Positions 55,678-64,000 of a DNA stretch of 64,000 nt are shown here, one piece after another. The stretch is from Clostridia bacterium (lineage in GTDB: Bacteria; Bacillota; Clostridia; Monoglobales; Monoglobaceae). The translations under genes were made by a program, and so were the position numbers. Position 1 is the stretch's first letter; each line of letters starts with the position of its first letter. The stretch is taken from the NCBI GenBank assembly GCA_017546145.1, contig JAFYXN010000013.1, forward strand, positions 5,213 through 69,212, written 5' to 3'. The notes beneath the pieces were generated by a model, which saw only the letters and a program-made list of their open reading frames with translations, made no database searches and was not told where the DNA came from.

Positions 55678-56061
55678 ATGATGTTGTTTACCAAAGGCGA
55701 TAAAGTCATTATATTTACAGTGCTTTTGTCAGCGCTTATGATTTATTTAGGATTTACGTTTACTGTGTTTGCAAAACGCCCTCAAATGGTGGAGATATAT
55801 TTTGACGGAAAACCGTATGCAAATTACGCTCTTTCGGAAATTAAAGGCAGCAAAACCGTCAGAATTGAAACATCATACGGTATCAATGTTCTTGAAATCA
55901 CACCCAATGGCGTCAGGATGACAGATGCTTCATGCCCTGATAAAACTGATATAAAAAGCGGAAAAATTACAAAAGCAAATCAAATGATAATCTGCATTCC
56001 AAACCGGATTTCCGTAAAGCTTTCCGGCTATAATGCGGATGTGGATAAGGTAGCTCACTGA
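55678..56061 (+). CDS. NusG domain II-containing (DUF1312) membrane-anchored protein
   Basis: 127 aa with an N-terminal TM segment, then VEIYFDGK..VLEITPNGVRMTDASCPDK.C. The ATG lies 6 nt after AAAGGAAG. The track ORF start at 55516 overlaps the U32 gene. Confidence 0.75.
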   Translation: MMLFTKGDKVIIFTVLLSALMIYLGFTFTVFAKRPQMVEIYFDGKPYANYALSEIKGSKTVRIETSYGINVLEITPNGVRMTDASCPDKTDIKSGKITKANQMIICIPNRISVKLSGYNADVDKVAH

Positions 56062-56576
56062 TGAATAAACATATTACAAAAACACGAAAAATAGGAATAA
56101 TGGCAATTTTTGTTGCAATTGGTATGGTTTTGCAGTATGCCGAGTCCCGGCTGATAGTTACAAGCGTGCCGGGCGGCAAACTTGGGCTTGCCAATGTTGT
56201 TACTATTATAAATATTTTTATGTTTGGCAACAAGAGTGCAATTTTGATTTCTGTTATAAGAGCAACGCTCGGCTGCCTTATTTCGGGCGGAATTACTGCA
56301 TTGCCGTATAGTCTGTCGGGTGCCTTTTTCTCGACATTGTTTATGTGTCTTGCAAAAAAATTAATATACCCAAGAATAAGTACGATTGGCATAAGTGTTA
56401 TAGGTGCTGCCATACATAATATATCCCAAATATTTGTTGCAGCCTTAGTTTTTTCATCGTGGTATATTTTTTCGTATTTGCCGGCACTTCTTGTAGTTGC
56501 TGTAATAAGCGGCGTGCTTACGGGATATACGGCTGATGTGTTTTCAAAACGTATACTTAAGGAGATTTACAAGTGA
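56061..56576 (+). CDS. Gx transporter family protein (Hpre_diP_synt_I-like)
   Basis: 171 aa with 5 TM segments. LQYAESRL..PGGKLGLANVV. TGATG overlap with the upstream gene. Confidence 0.75.
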   Translation: MNKHITKTRKIGIMAIFVAIGMVLQYAESRLIVTSVPGGKLGLANVVTIINIFMFGNKSAILISVIRATLGCLISGGITALPYSLSGAFFSTLFMCLAKKLIYPRISTIGISVIGAAIHNISQIFVAALVFSSWYIFSYLPALLVVAVISGVLTGYTADVFSKRILKEIYK

Positions 56577-57160
56577 AAAAAATAATTTTGGCATCAAATT
56601 CGCCAAGGCGAAGAGAGCTTCTTTTGGCACTTGGACTTGAATTTGAAATAATACCCGACAATACACCTGAAATAATGGAGAAAGGCTTGTCCCCTTGCGA
56701 AACAGTTAAAAGCCTTGCAAAATTCAAGGGCGAAAATATCCGCAAAACATTGTCCTGCGATGCTGATGCTGTTATCATTTCAGCAGATACTGTTGTTGCA
56801 ATAAATAATATGATTTTGGGTAAACCCAAAGATTATGATGATGCTGAAAAAATGCTTAAAATGCTGAGCGGAAATATGCATTGCGTTTATACAGGTGTAT
56901 ATGTGGTGGAAAATATATCGGGAAAATCAGCAAATTTTTACGAAAAAACGGAAGTGTTCTTTAAAAACCTTGACATAAACGAAATTAAAGATTATATTAA
57001 TACTGGAGAGCCGATGGATAAAGCCGGAGCATACGGAATCCAAAATTTTGGCTCACTGTTTGTTGAGAAACTGCAAGGCGATTATTTTAATGTGGTCGGT
57101 TTGCCTGTTTGTGAACTCGGAAAGGTATTAAATAAAGATTTTGGAATAAAATTCTTTTAG
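56573..57160 (+). CDS. maf: Maf nucleoside-triphosphate pyrophosphatase
   Basis: ILASNSPRRRELL..ADTVV..GKP..DKAGAYGIQ. Confidence 0.9.
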   Translation: MKKIILASNSPRRRELLLALGLEFEIIPDNTPEIMEKGLSPCETVKSLAKFKGENIRKTLSCDADAVIISADTVVAINNMILGKPKDYDDAEKMLKMLSGNMHCVYTGVYVVENISGKSANFYEKTEVFFKNLDINEIKDYINTGEPMDKAGAYGIQNFGSLFVEKLQGDYFNVVGLPVCELGKVLNKDFGIKFF

Positions 57161-57194
57161 AAAATAACAAAACAGAAAGTGTGGTTAAGAATTT

Positions 57195-58187
57195 ATGTTA
57201 AACGAAATCGGAATTGATTTAGGTACTTCAAATACTATAATTTATCTCAAGGGCAAAGGTATTGTTGTAAACGAGCCTACCGTTGTAGCTGTCAGCAAAA
57301 AGAACGGTAAGGTGCTTTCAATAGGTAAGGAAGCAGGCGAAATGCTGGGCAGAACCCCTCAGGATATACGTGCACTTACACCTATAAAGGACGGTGTTAT
57401 TGCAAACTTTGATATTACAGTAGCTATGCTCAGATACTTTATAAAAAAGGCAGTAAATTCTTCGTTTTTAAAACCAAAGGCAGTAATTTGTATTCCGTCA
57501 CACATTACTGACGTTGAAAAACGTGCGGTAAGAGATGCCGCGCTTGCGGCAGGAGTGAAAGAAGTATACCTTATTGAAAAATCCATGGCTGCGGCTATCG
57601 GTGCAGGTATTGAGGTTCATAAGCCGATAGGCTCCATGATTGTTGATATCGGTGGCGGCACAACCGAAATTGCGGTTGTATCTTTAGGCGGAGTTGTTGC
57701 AACACAGAGCCTTAGAATTGCCAGTCATACTCTTGATAACGATATTGTACAGTTCCTCAAAAAGAACAATAATCTTATTATCGGTGATATAACTGCAGAG
57801 GAAATAAAAAAGAATATTGGCTCTGCGTGCCCTCTTAAAGAGGAACTTTCTATGGATATAAAGGGACGTGATTTGGTTTCTGGACTTCCAAAAACAATTA
57901 CAGTAAAATCCTCTGAAATAAGAGATGCATTTCAGGAGAGCCTTGCAGCAATTATAGACGGTATAAAATCTGTTCTTGAAAAGACACCGCCCGAGCTTGC
58001 AGCAGACATTTTTGAATCAGGTATTGTTATGACCGGAGGCGGCTCAATCCTAAGAGGTCTTGGACGTCTTATCAACGTACATACCGAAATTCCCATTTTT
58101 ATTGCGGAATCTCCGGCTGAGTGCGTTGCAATCGGCGCAGGCAAAGCACTTGAGGAAATAAGAACACTTCACAGCATTCTCAGCTGA
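57195..58187 (+). CDS. mreB: rod shape-determining protein MreB
   Basis: IGIDLGTSNT..DIGGGTTEIAV..MTGGGS. Confidence 0.95.
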   Translation: MLNEIGIDLGTSNTIIYLKGKGIVVNEPTVVAVSKKNGKVLSIGKEAGEMLGRTPQDIRALTPIKDGVIANFDITVAMLRYFIKKAVNSSFLKPKAVICIPSHITDVEKRAVRDAALAAGVKEVYLIEKSMAAAIGAGIEVHKPIGSMIVDIGGGTTEIAVVSLGGVVATQSLRIASHTLDNDIVQFLKKNNNLIIGDITAEEIKKNIGSACPLKEELSMDIKGRDLVSGLPKTITVKSSEIRDAFQESLAAIIDGIKSVLEKTPPELAADIFESGIVMTGGGSILRGLGRLINVHTEIPIFIAESPAECVAIGAGKALEEIRTLHSILS

Positions 58188-58212
58188 TTTTTCTTGAGAG
58201 GAGATACTTCTT

Positions 58213-59049
58213 TTGCGGAAGCTATTTAAAAATAAAGCAGCATTATGGCTTATTGTTTTAGTGATTATACTTGGAATTGCAGTGGGCATTCTTAATGCTA
58301 CAAAAAACGATACAACTATTTTTGAAAACGTTACCAATATTATTGTAACTCCTGTGCAAAAGCTGTTTACAAATATAGGACACGGCGTATCTGATTTTTT
58401 TGGTTATTTTTCTGATGTAGATAAGCTTAGAACTGAAATTGATGCTTTAAAAGCCGAAAATTCAGAATTAAAAAAAGAAATAAATCAAAATGAATCAAGC
58501 AGGCTTGAAAATGAACAGCTGAGAAAGCTCCTTAACATGAAGCAAGGCAACACCGAATTTGAACTTGAAGCTGCTTCGGTTATTGCACGCAACCCTTCAA
58601 ATTGGTATAATACATTCACTATTGATAAGGGCGCGGCAGATGGCATTGCGCTTAACCAACCGGTTGTCGCATCGGGCAACGCTCTGGTTGGAAGGATAAG
58701 TGAGGTAGGAACAACGTGGTCTACGGTTTCGGTGATTACCGACTCTGAGCATGCCGCAGGAGCTCAAATTGTTCGTTCCGGCGAATTTGGCATTTGTGAG
58801 GGAGACAGCGGTCTTGCCGCTGACGGAAATTTAAGACTTTCTTTTGTTTCAAAAAACGCTAATATAATTGTTGGTGATACAGTTGTTACATCGGGGCTTG
58901 GCGGTATTTATCCCAAAGGCCTTGTTATAGGAAAGATTTATAAAATCCGTCCTGATATTCAGGGGATTTCTCAATATGCAGTCATTACCCCTGAAACGGA
59001 TATTAAAAATCTTTGTGCAGTTTTTGTTATAAAGAATCCTCTTGATTAA
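58213..59049 (+). CDS. mreC: rod shape-determining protein MreC
   Basis: TM segment, coiled coil (LRTEIDALKAENSELKKE) and a C-terminal VVTSGLGGIYPKGLVIG. TTG start. Confidence 0.85.
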   Translation: MRKLFKNKAALWLIVLVIILGIAVGILNATKNDTTIFENVTNIIVTPVQKLFTNIGHGVSDFFGYFSDVDKLRTEIDALKAENSELKKEINQNESSRLENEQLRKLLNMKQGNTEFELEAASVIARNPSNWYNTFTIDKGAADGIALNQPVVASGNALVGRISEVGTTWSTVSVITDSEHAAGAQIVRSGEFGICEGDSGLAADGNLRLSFVSKNANIIVGDTVVTSGLGGIYPKGLVIGKIYKIRPDIQGISQYAVITPETDIKNLCAVFVIKNPLD

Positions 59050-59072
59050 TTTTTCTGAAAGGTCAAAAGTTA

Positions 59073-59576
59073 ATGAAAGTTGCAGTACACGGAATATTTT
59101 TAGCATTTTTTTTGATTGTTCAGGCAACGTGGCTTGAAGCAATTGCCGTTTTTGGCGTAAAGCCAAATCTGTTTATTATTTATATTGTTACATTAAGCTG
59201 TTTTTGCAGCAAGAAAGAGGGAGCCATAACCGGCTTCTTCTTTGGGATTATGCTGGATTTTGTGATTGGTAAGGCACTGGGACTAAACGCTGTGCTTTTA
59301 CTTGCTTTAGGCTTTCTTACTGCACAGTTTTGCGAAAAGGTAATTCGCAAGAACTCGGTTTTAATTGTTATGCTTATAACATTGATTACATCTGTTTGTT
59401 ATGAGTTATTTTATTATGTTGTTTCATTTGTAGGCGATTTGGAATTTAAATCAGTTTTTTTCAGAACATTGCTTCCTGAATGTATTTATAACAGCCTCAT
59501 GACGCTTCCAGTTTATTTTGTAATTAAGAAGCTTTCGAACCGGCTGTGGGTTGATAAGGGTGAAATTATTGGATAG
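59073..59576 (+). CDS. mreD: rod shape-determining protein MreD
   Basis: 167 aa, polytopic, in the expected position after mreC. Confidence 0.75.
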   Translation: MKVAVHGIFLAFFLIVQATWLEAIAVFGVKPNLFIIYIVTLSCFCSKKEGAITGFFFGIMLDFVIGKALGLNAVLLLALGFLTAQFCEKVIRKNSVLIVMLITLITSVCYELFYYVVSFVGDLEFKSVFFRTLLPECIYNSLMTLPVYFVIKKLSNRLWVDKGEIIG

Positions 59577-61602
59577 AAAAAGTTTCAAAGGACGACTTAT
59601 TTTAATATATTTTATTTTTGCGGTTTTTACTTTCCTTTGTATTGCAAGGCTTTTCAATCTTCAGATTGTAAACGGCGACGAATATAAGGAAATGGCTGAA
59701 AACCGCCTTGTTCGTGCTGCCACAATTAAGGCTCCGCGCGGCGAAATGATGGATAGATACGGAATCCCCATGGTTACAAACAGCATGGGTTATTATATAC
59801 AAATTCACAGTGTTGACAAAGAAAACAGCACGCTTAATGATACCTTGGCGGCTTTAATTAAAATATGCAAAGCAGATAAAGTTGAGTATTTTGACGATTT
59901 TCCTGTTTCAGATATACCGTATTCATTTGATTTTGGCAATGATACAACAGATGAAATGATTGTAAAATGGAAAAAAGATAATAAGCTTGAAAAGTACGAA
60001 ACCGCAGAAGATATAGTAAATCATTTTTTTGAAAAATATAAGATTTCAGAGCATGTTTCGCTTGAAACAGCAAAGGAAATTGTTGCAATAAGATATACAA
60101 TGGATTCAAAAAACTTCAGTGTAATGAATCCTTATACCTTTGCAAATAATATAAGCATGGAAACCGTGCAAAAAATAAAAGAATGCGCATTTACCCTAAA
60201 AGGTGTAAGTGTAGAGATTGAGCCTGTGCGTGAATATCTTAACGGTTCAATGGCAGCGCACATTTTAGGCAGAACGGGTATTATTTATAAAGAAGAATAC
60301 GACGAGCTTAAAAATCAAGGCTACGGAATGAATGACATAATAGGTAAAGATGGTCTTGAAAAGGTGTTGGAAAAGCATCTTAAAGGCAAGGACGGATATA
60401 AAAAAGTAAACCAAGGAAAAACCGGAACTATTTCTGAAACTCTGAGCGTTAAAGAGGCAGAAACAGAGAATTTTGCTGTGCTGACCATTGATTCGGGGCT
60501 TCAGAGAGTAACAGAAGAATCTTTGGCAAAAAATATTACAGCAACAAGAGGCGAAAAAGGATTTGATTGCTTCAGCGGAGCAGCTGTGGCTGTTGAAATT
60601 GCTACGGGGGAGGTGCTTGCCATTGCATCACACCCAACCTACAATCCGTCTGAATATACAAAAATTTATAACAGCTTACTTAACGACCCTCACAAGCCTT
60701 TGTTTAACAGAGCGCTTAACGGAGCATATACTCCCGGGTCTACATTTAAGCCGCTTACAGCTATTGCTGCTCTTGAAGAAGGGATAATAACCCCAACACA
60801 AATTATTGAAGACAAAGGTGTATACACATACTATGCACCGTCATACCAGCCAACCTGCCTTATTTGGAAGAATACAGGTAAGACACACGGCCCGATTAAT
60901 GTTTCGGAAGCAATTGGCGTTTCGTGTAACTATTTCTTTTATGATGTAGGCAGAAAGCTTACAATTGACACACTTGGAAAGTACGCAAAAAAATTTGGTC
61001 TTGGACAGACAACAGGAATTGAATTATCAGAATCAAGTGGGATTGTAGCAGGCCCGGAATACAGAGAAAAAATGGGCACAGAGTGGTATCCCGGCGATAC
61101 ACTTCAGGCATCTATCGGTCAGTCTGATAATATGTTTACTCCGGCTCAGCTTGCAAGCTACATTTCAACAATTTTAAATAACGGAAGCAGATATGCACTG
61201 CATCTTGTAAAGGAAGTTCGCAACTATCATACCGGTGAGCTTGTATATAAAACTGAGCCCAAAATCGTATCACAAACTGAGATTTCTGAAAGTACGGTCA
61301 TAGCAGTTAAGGACGGAATGCGACGGGTTACAGAAGACGGAACGGCGCAAGCAGTTTTTGATAATTTTCCGGTTCCGGTAGCAGGCAAAACGGGTACAGC
61401 CGAAGTAGGAAGCGGAAGTGATACAGTTCTTTTTGTAGGCTTTGCTCCATACGATAATCCGCAAATTGCCGTGGCGGTTGTTTTGGAACACGGTGCCACA
61501 AGCCGTTATGCAGCTATGGTCGCAAAAGATATGTTTGAAAAATACCTTGGTCTTTCTGATGTATCCGATACTGTTAAACCCGTAAATGCGCTTCTTGAAT
61601 AA
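59551..61602 (+). CDS. mrdA: penicillin-binding protein 2 (elongation transpeptidase)
   Basis: TM segment, APRGEMMDRYG, and the STFKP, SCN and KTGTAE motifs. The start is uncertain (TTG 59551, GTG 59560 or TTG 59569) and overlaps the mreD end. Confidence 0.9.
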   Translation: MIRVKLLDRKSFKGRLILIYFIFAVFTFLCIARLFNLQIVNGDEYKEMAENRLVRAATIKAPRGEMMDRYGIPMVTNSMGYYIQIHSVDKENSTLNDTLAALIKICKADKVEYFDDFPVSDIPYSFDFGNDTTDEMIVKWKKDNKLEKYETAEDIVNHFFEKYKISEHVSLETAKEIVAIRYTMDSKNFSVMNPYTFANNISMETVQKIKECAFTLKGVSVEIEPVREYLNGSMAAHILGRTGIIYKEEYDELKNQGYGMNDIIGKDGLEKVLEKHLKGKDGYKKVNQGKTGTISETLSVKEAETENFAVLTIDSGLQRVTEESLAKNITATRGEKGFDCFSGAAVAVEIATGEVLAIASHPTYNPSEYTKIYNSLLNDPHKPLFNRALNGAYTPGSTFKPLTAIAALEEGIITPTQIIEDKGVYTYYAPSYQPTCLIWKNTGKTHGPINVSEAIGVSCNYFFYDVGRKLTIDTLGKYAKKFGLGQTTGIELSESSGIVAGPEYREKMGTEWYPGDTLQASIGQSDNMFTPAQLASYISTILNNGSRYALHLVKEVRNYHTGELVYKTEPKIVSQTEISESTVIAVKDGMRRVTEDGTAQAVFDNFPVPVAGKTGTAEVGSGSDTVLFVGFAPYDNPQIAVAVVLEHGATSRYAAMVAKDMFEKYLGLSDVSDTVKPVNALLE

Positions 61603-61622
61603 CAGGCAGGAGGAGAAAATAT

Positions 61623-62306
61623 ATGATTAACGAAGCTGTTACACTTAAACTTTATAAGGAAGGTATGGTTGTTTATTTAAACAATAAACTTTCCTTTGAT
61701 GAACTTAAAACACAGGTTACTGAAAAATTCAGAAAATCCGAAAGCTTTTTTAACGGATTGACACTGAAAGTTGGTTTCAAAGGTTCAAATGAGCTTAGCA
61801 AAGAACAATATGACGAATTGATAGACGCAATATCTGCTGTTTTAAACTGCAAGGCTGTTTTGTGGGAAAATCCACATCCGGTTGATGAACAGAGCGACAC
61901 TAAAATGCCCGAGCACCTTTCGGGTGAACAGCTTGCTGATAAAGCATTCAGATTGAATCTTGAGGATGAATTTACAAAGTTTTATACTAAGACCATTCGT
62001 TCCGGTCAACTTCTGGAATCCGAGGGCAATATCGTTGTAATCGGAGATGTAAATCCCGGTGCAGAATTGGTTGCAGCAGGAAATATTGTTGTTATGGGTA
62101 CTGTAAAGGGTACAGTTCACGCTGGAGCTAAGGGAAACCGTGAAGCAATAGTTACTGCGTTTAATTTGTCACCAACTCAGCTAAGAATTGCTGATGTAAT
62201 TACACGCTCGCCTGACGATGATGAAATTCATGGTCTTGCACCTGAAATTGCATATATAAAAGATGACCGTATTTTTATTGAAGAATTTTTGCAAAAACGC
62301 AAATAA
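61623..62306 (+). CDS. minC: septum site-determining protein MinC
   Basis: The C-terminal beta-helix has IRSGQ..GNIVVIGDVNPGAELVAAGNIVVMG. Confidence 0.85.
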   Translation: MINEAVTLKLYKEGMVVYLNNKLSFDELKTQVTEKFRKSESFFNGLTLKVGFKGSNELSKEQYDELIDAISAVLNCKAVLWENPHPVDEQSDTKMPEHLSGEQLADKAFRLNLEDEFTKFYTKTIRSGQLLESEGNIVVIGDVNPGAELVAAGNIVVMGTVKGTVHAGAKGNREAIVTAFNLSPTQLRIADVITRSPDDDEIHGLAPEIAYIKDDRIFIEEFLQKRK

Positions 62307-62370
62307 TATTTTGACAATTGTATGTTTTTATGATATTATGTGATAAATAGATGTTTATGGAGGTTTTTAA

Positions 62371-63165
62371 ATGTCACAGGTAATTGTTGTTACTTCCGGC
62401 AAAGGCGGAGTTGGTAAAACCACAACTACTGCGAATTTGGGCGTTGGACTTTCCAAACTCGGCAAAAAGGTAGTTTTAATTGATACAGATATAGGTCTTA
62501 GAAACTTGGATGTTGTACTTGGCCTCGAGAACCGTATAGTATATGATTTGGTTGATGTTGTGACGGGCGTTTGCACACCTAAACAGGCTGCAATTAAGGA
62601 CAAGCGTTTTGATGGATTATTTTTGATTCCTGCAGCCCAGACAAAGGACAAGGATTCTGTTACTATTGAACAGATGCAGGATTTGTGTGAAAAGCTTAAA
62701 GAGGATTATGATTTTATTATTATAGATTGCCCCGCAGGTATCGAGCAAGGCTTTAAAAATGCCATTGCAGGCGCAGATAAGGCTCTTATCGTTACAACAC
62801 CTGAGGTTTCAGCTGTGCGTGACGCAGACAGAATAATCGGACTTCTTGAAGCAAACGAAATCGAAGAACACTATCTTATAATAAACAGAATTCGTCCTGA
62901 TATGGTAAGACGCGGCGACATGATGAATGTCGACGATATTATTGACATACTCAATATTGATCTTATCGGCATAGTACCGGATGATCAGGATATTATTATT
63001 TCAACAAACAAAGGCGAGCCTGCCGTTGTAAATCCTAAGTCATTGGCAGGTCAGGGCTACAGAAATATCACCGAAAGACTTAACGGCAACAATGTTCCGC
63101 TTATGGACCTTGAAGGAAATACGTTTTTGGGCAAGCTTAAAAAGCTTTTTACCAAAAAACAATAA
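62371..63165 (+). CDS. minD: septum site-determining ATPase MinD
   Basis: VVTSGKGGVGKTTTTANLG..DCPAGIE, with a C-terminal amphipathic helix. Confidence 0.95.
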   Translation: MSQVIVVTSGKGGVGKTTTTANLGVGLSKLGKKVVLIDTDIGLRNLDVVLGLENRIVYDLVDVVTGVCTPKQAAIKDKRFDGLFLIPAAQTKDKDSVTIEQMQDLCEKLKEDYDFIIIDCPAGIEQGFKNAIAGADKALIVTTPEVSAVRDADRIIGLLEANEIEEHYLIINRIRPDMVRRGDMMNVDDIIDILNIDLIGIVPDDQDIIISTNKGEPAVVNPKSLAGQGYRNITERLNGNNVPLMDLEGNTFLGKLKKLFTKKQ

Positions 63166-63203
63166 TATCCGCCGATAATTGAAAATTTAAGGAGAGAATA
63201 CAG

Positions 63204-63479
63204 ATGCTGGATTTGTCTAGAATTTTTGGCAGAAAAAACAATTCCAAGGATGCAGCAAAAGACAGACTTAAACTTGTTCTTGTCCATGACAGAGCAAATG
63301 TATCACCGGAATTTTTACAAAAAATAAAAGATGAGATTATGCAGGTCTTAGCAAAATATATGGATGTTTCAGACGGAGGTCTTGATATAAACCTCACGAC
63401 TGCAACAGGTGAAGACGGAAAGTCCAGAGTTCCTGCGATTACCGCTAATATACCAATAAAAAGTATTAAACAAAAATAA
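63204..63479 (+). CDS. minE: cell division topological specificity factor MinE
   Basis: 91 aa. SKDAAKDRLKLVLVHDR. Confidence 0.9.
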   Translation: MLDLSRIFGRKNNSKDAAKDRLKLVLVHDRANVSPEFLQKIKDEIMQVLAKYMDVSDGGLDINLTTATGEDGKSRVPAITANIPIKSIKQK

Positions 63480-63516
63480 CACAAGAAAAGCATTGCCATA
63501 TTAGGAGGGTCAGTAA

Positions 63517-63927
63517 ATGAATATAGCATTAATTGCGCATGACAAAAAGAAGGAATTAATGGTTGATTTTTGCATAGCTTATAAAGGTATCCTAAGCAAA
63601 CATAATCTTTGCGCAACCGGAACAACAGGCGGACTTATATCAGACGCAACCGGTTTAAATGTTAATTTGTTTTTGTCAGGGCCTCAGGGCGGTGACCAGC
63701 AGATTGGCGCAAGAATAGCATATAATGAAATTGACCTTGTTTTGTTCTTCCGCGACCCGCTCACAGCTCAGCCCCACGAGCCTGACGTTTCGGCTCTTTT
63801 CAGACTTTGTGATGTACACAATATTCCGCTTGCGACAAACAGCGCTACAGCAGAAGTATTGATACGAGGTCTTGAAAGAGGCGACCTTGATTGGCGTGAT
63901 ATAGTTAACCCCAAAATCTCAAGATAA
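63517..63927 (+). CDS. mgsA: methylglyoxal synthase
   Basis: [40 protein letters not shown]. Confidence 0.9.
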   Translation: MNIALIAHDKKKELMVDFCIAYKGILSKHNLCATGTTGGLISDATGLNVNLFLSGPQGGDQQIGARIAYNEIDLVLFFRDPLTAQPHEPDVSALFRLCDVHNIPLATNSATAEVLIRGLERGDLDWRDIVNPKISR

Positions 63928-63950
63928 TTATTTTTATAATACAAAACATT

Positions 63951-63996
63951 AAGCCGCAATATCCGCGAACTTTTAACGCGGTATCGCGGCTTGTTT
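63951..63996 (+). terminator. imperfect hairpin after mgsA
   Basis: AAGCCGC..CCGCG-N9-CGCGG..GCGGCTT followed by GTTT. Confidence 0.5.
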
Positions 63997-64000
63997 AACA

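Noticed and set aside
63149-63625. 158-aa minus-strand ORF
   Set aside because: It is antisense to minE and the start of mgsA, and is a shadow ORF.
1-64000. Window-wide scan for CRISPR arrays, rRNA, IS or transposase genes, toxin-antitoxin pairs and known defence-system gene sets
   Set aside because: None was recognised by eye. The only mobile-type gene is the serine recombinase, and the only toxin-like gene is the self-inhibited class II Fic.

Overview
This 64-kb window looks like a chromosomal segment of a low-GC Gram-positive anaerobe. Gene content points to Clostridia, possibly Ruminococcus or Oscillospiraceae: an SLH surface protein, the sporulation genes sigG and ylmC, T-box leaders and ferredoxin-dependent 2-oxoacid oxidoreductases. 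The taxon is inferred, not proven. I support about 60 protein genes, 3 tRNAs, 2 T-box leaders and a set of sigma-A-like promoters and intrinsic terminators. I saw no rRNA, CRISPR array or transposase. Layout from left to right: nagB (partial), tRNA-Leu, KDPGal aldolase and kinase, a UDG-family glycosylase and mntP. Then an orphan oadB with an unlisted 41-aa OadG-like micro-ORF, pyk and a nucleobase permease. Then T-box(Tyr) and an SSS symporter, followed by an acyl-CoA ligase, iorAB, paaK, an ACT protein and galM. Then a Fic/HTH gene, two tRNA-Ser genes, a 1264-aa SLH protein with Cys3-His tandem repeats, and a YhcH-family gene. Then the pyr operon on the minus strand (pyrC-carB-pyrK-pyrD-pyrF-pyrE-pyrB-pyrI, with no carA), an SGNH hydrolase and a stalk-domain protein. 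Then a T-box(Leu) nine-gene operon: P-loop NTPase, four-subunit 2-oxoacid:ferredoxin oxidoreductase, ilvE, a degenerate LeuA homolog, a TIM-barrel/acyl-CoA-synthetase fusion and an amidohydrolase. Then a small ORF and a large serine recombinase abutting a truncated sigG, followed by ylmC. The rest is pncB, a Prs-like gene, rluB, a flavoprotein, gdhA, a NUDIX gene, zapA, a U32 peptidase, a NusG-II/Gx pair, maf, mreBCD, PBP2, minCDE and mgsA. Three points stand out. (1) Two T-box-gated modules are built around reversible 2-oxoacid:ferredoxin oxidoreductases and CoA ligases. T-box logic suggests they make Leu and Tyr (or other aromatics) by reductive carboxylation of volatile or aryl fatty acids rather than degrading them. 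(2) Inside the Leu module sit a LeuA homolog that has lost its catalytic metal ligands but keeps the Leu-binding regulatory domain, and an unusual xylose-isomerase-like TIM barrel fused to an adenylate-forming enzyme. (3) The forespore sigma factor gene sigG is cut exactly at the centre of an inverted-repeat att-like site, next to a SpoIVCA-like serine recombinase, and its 3' half is absent from the 45 kb on the recombinase side of the break.
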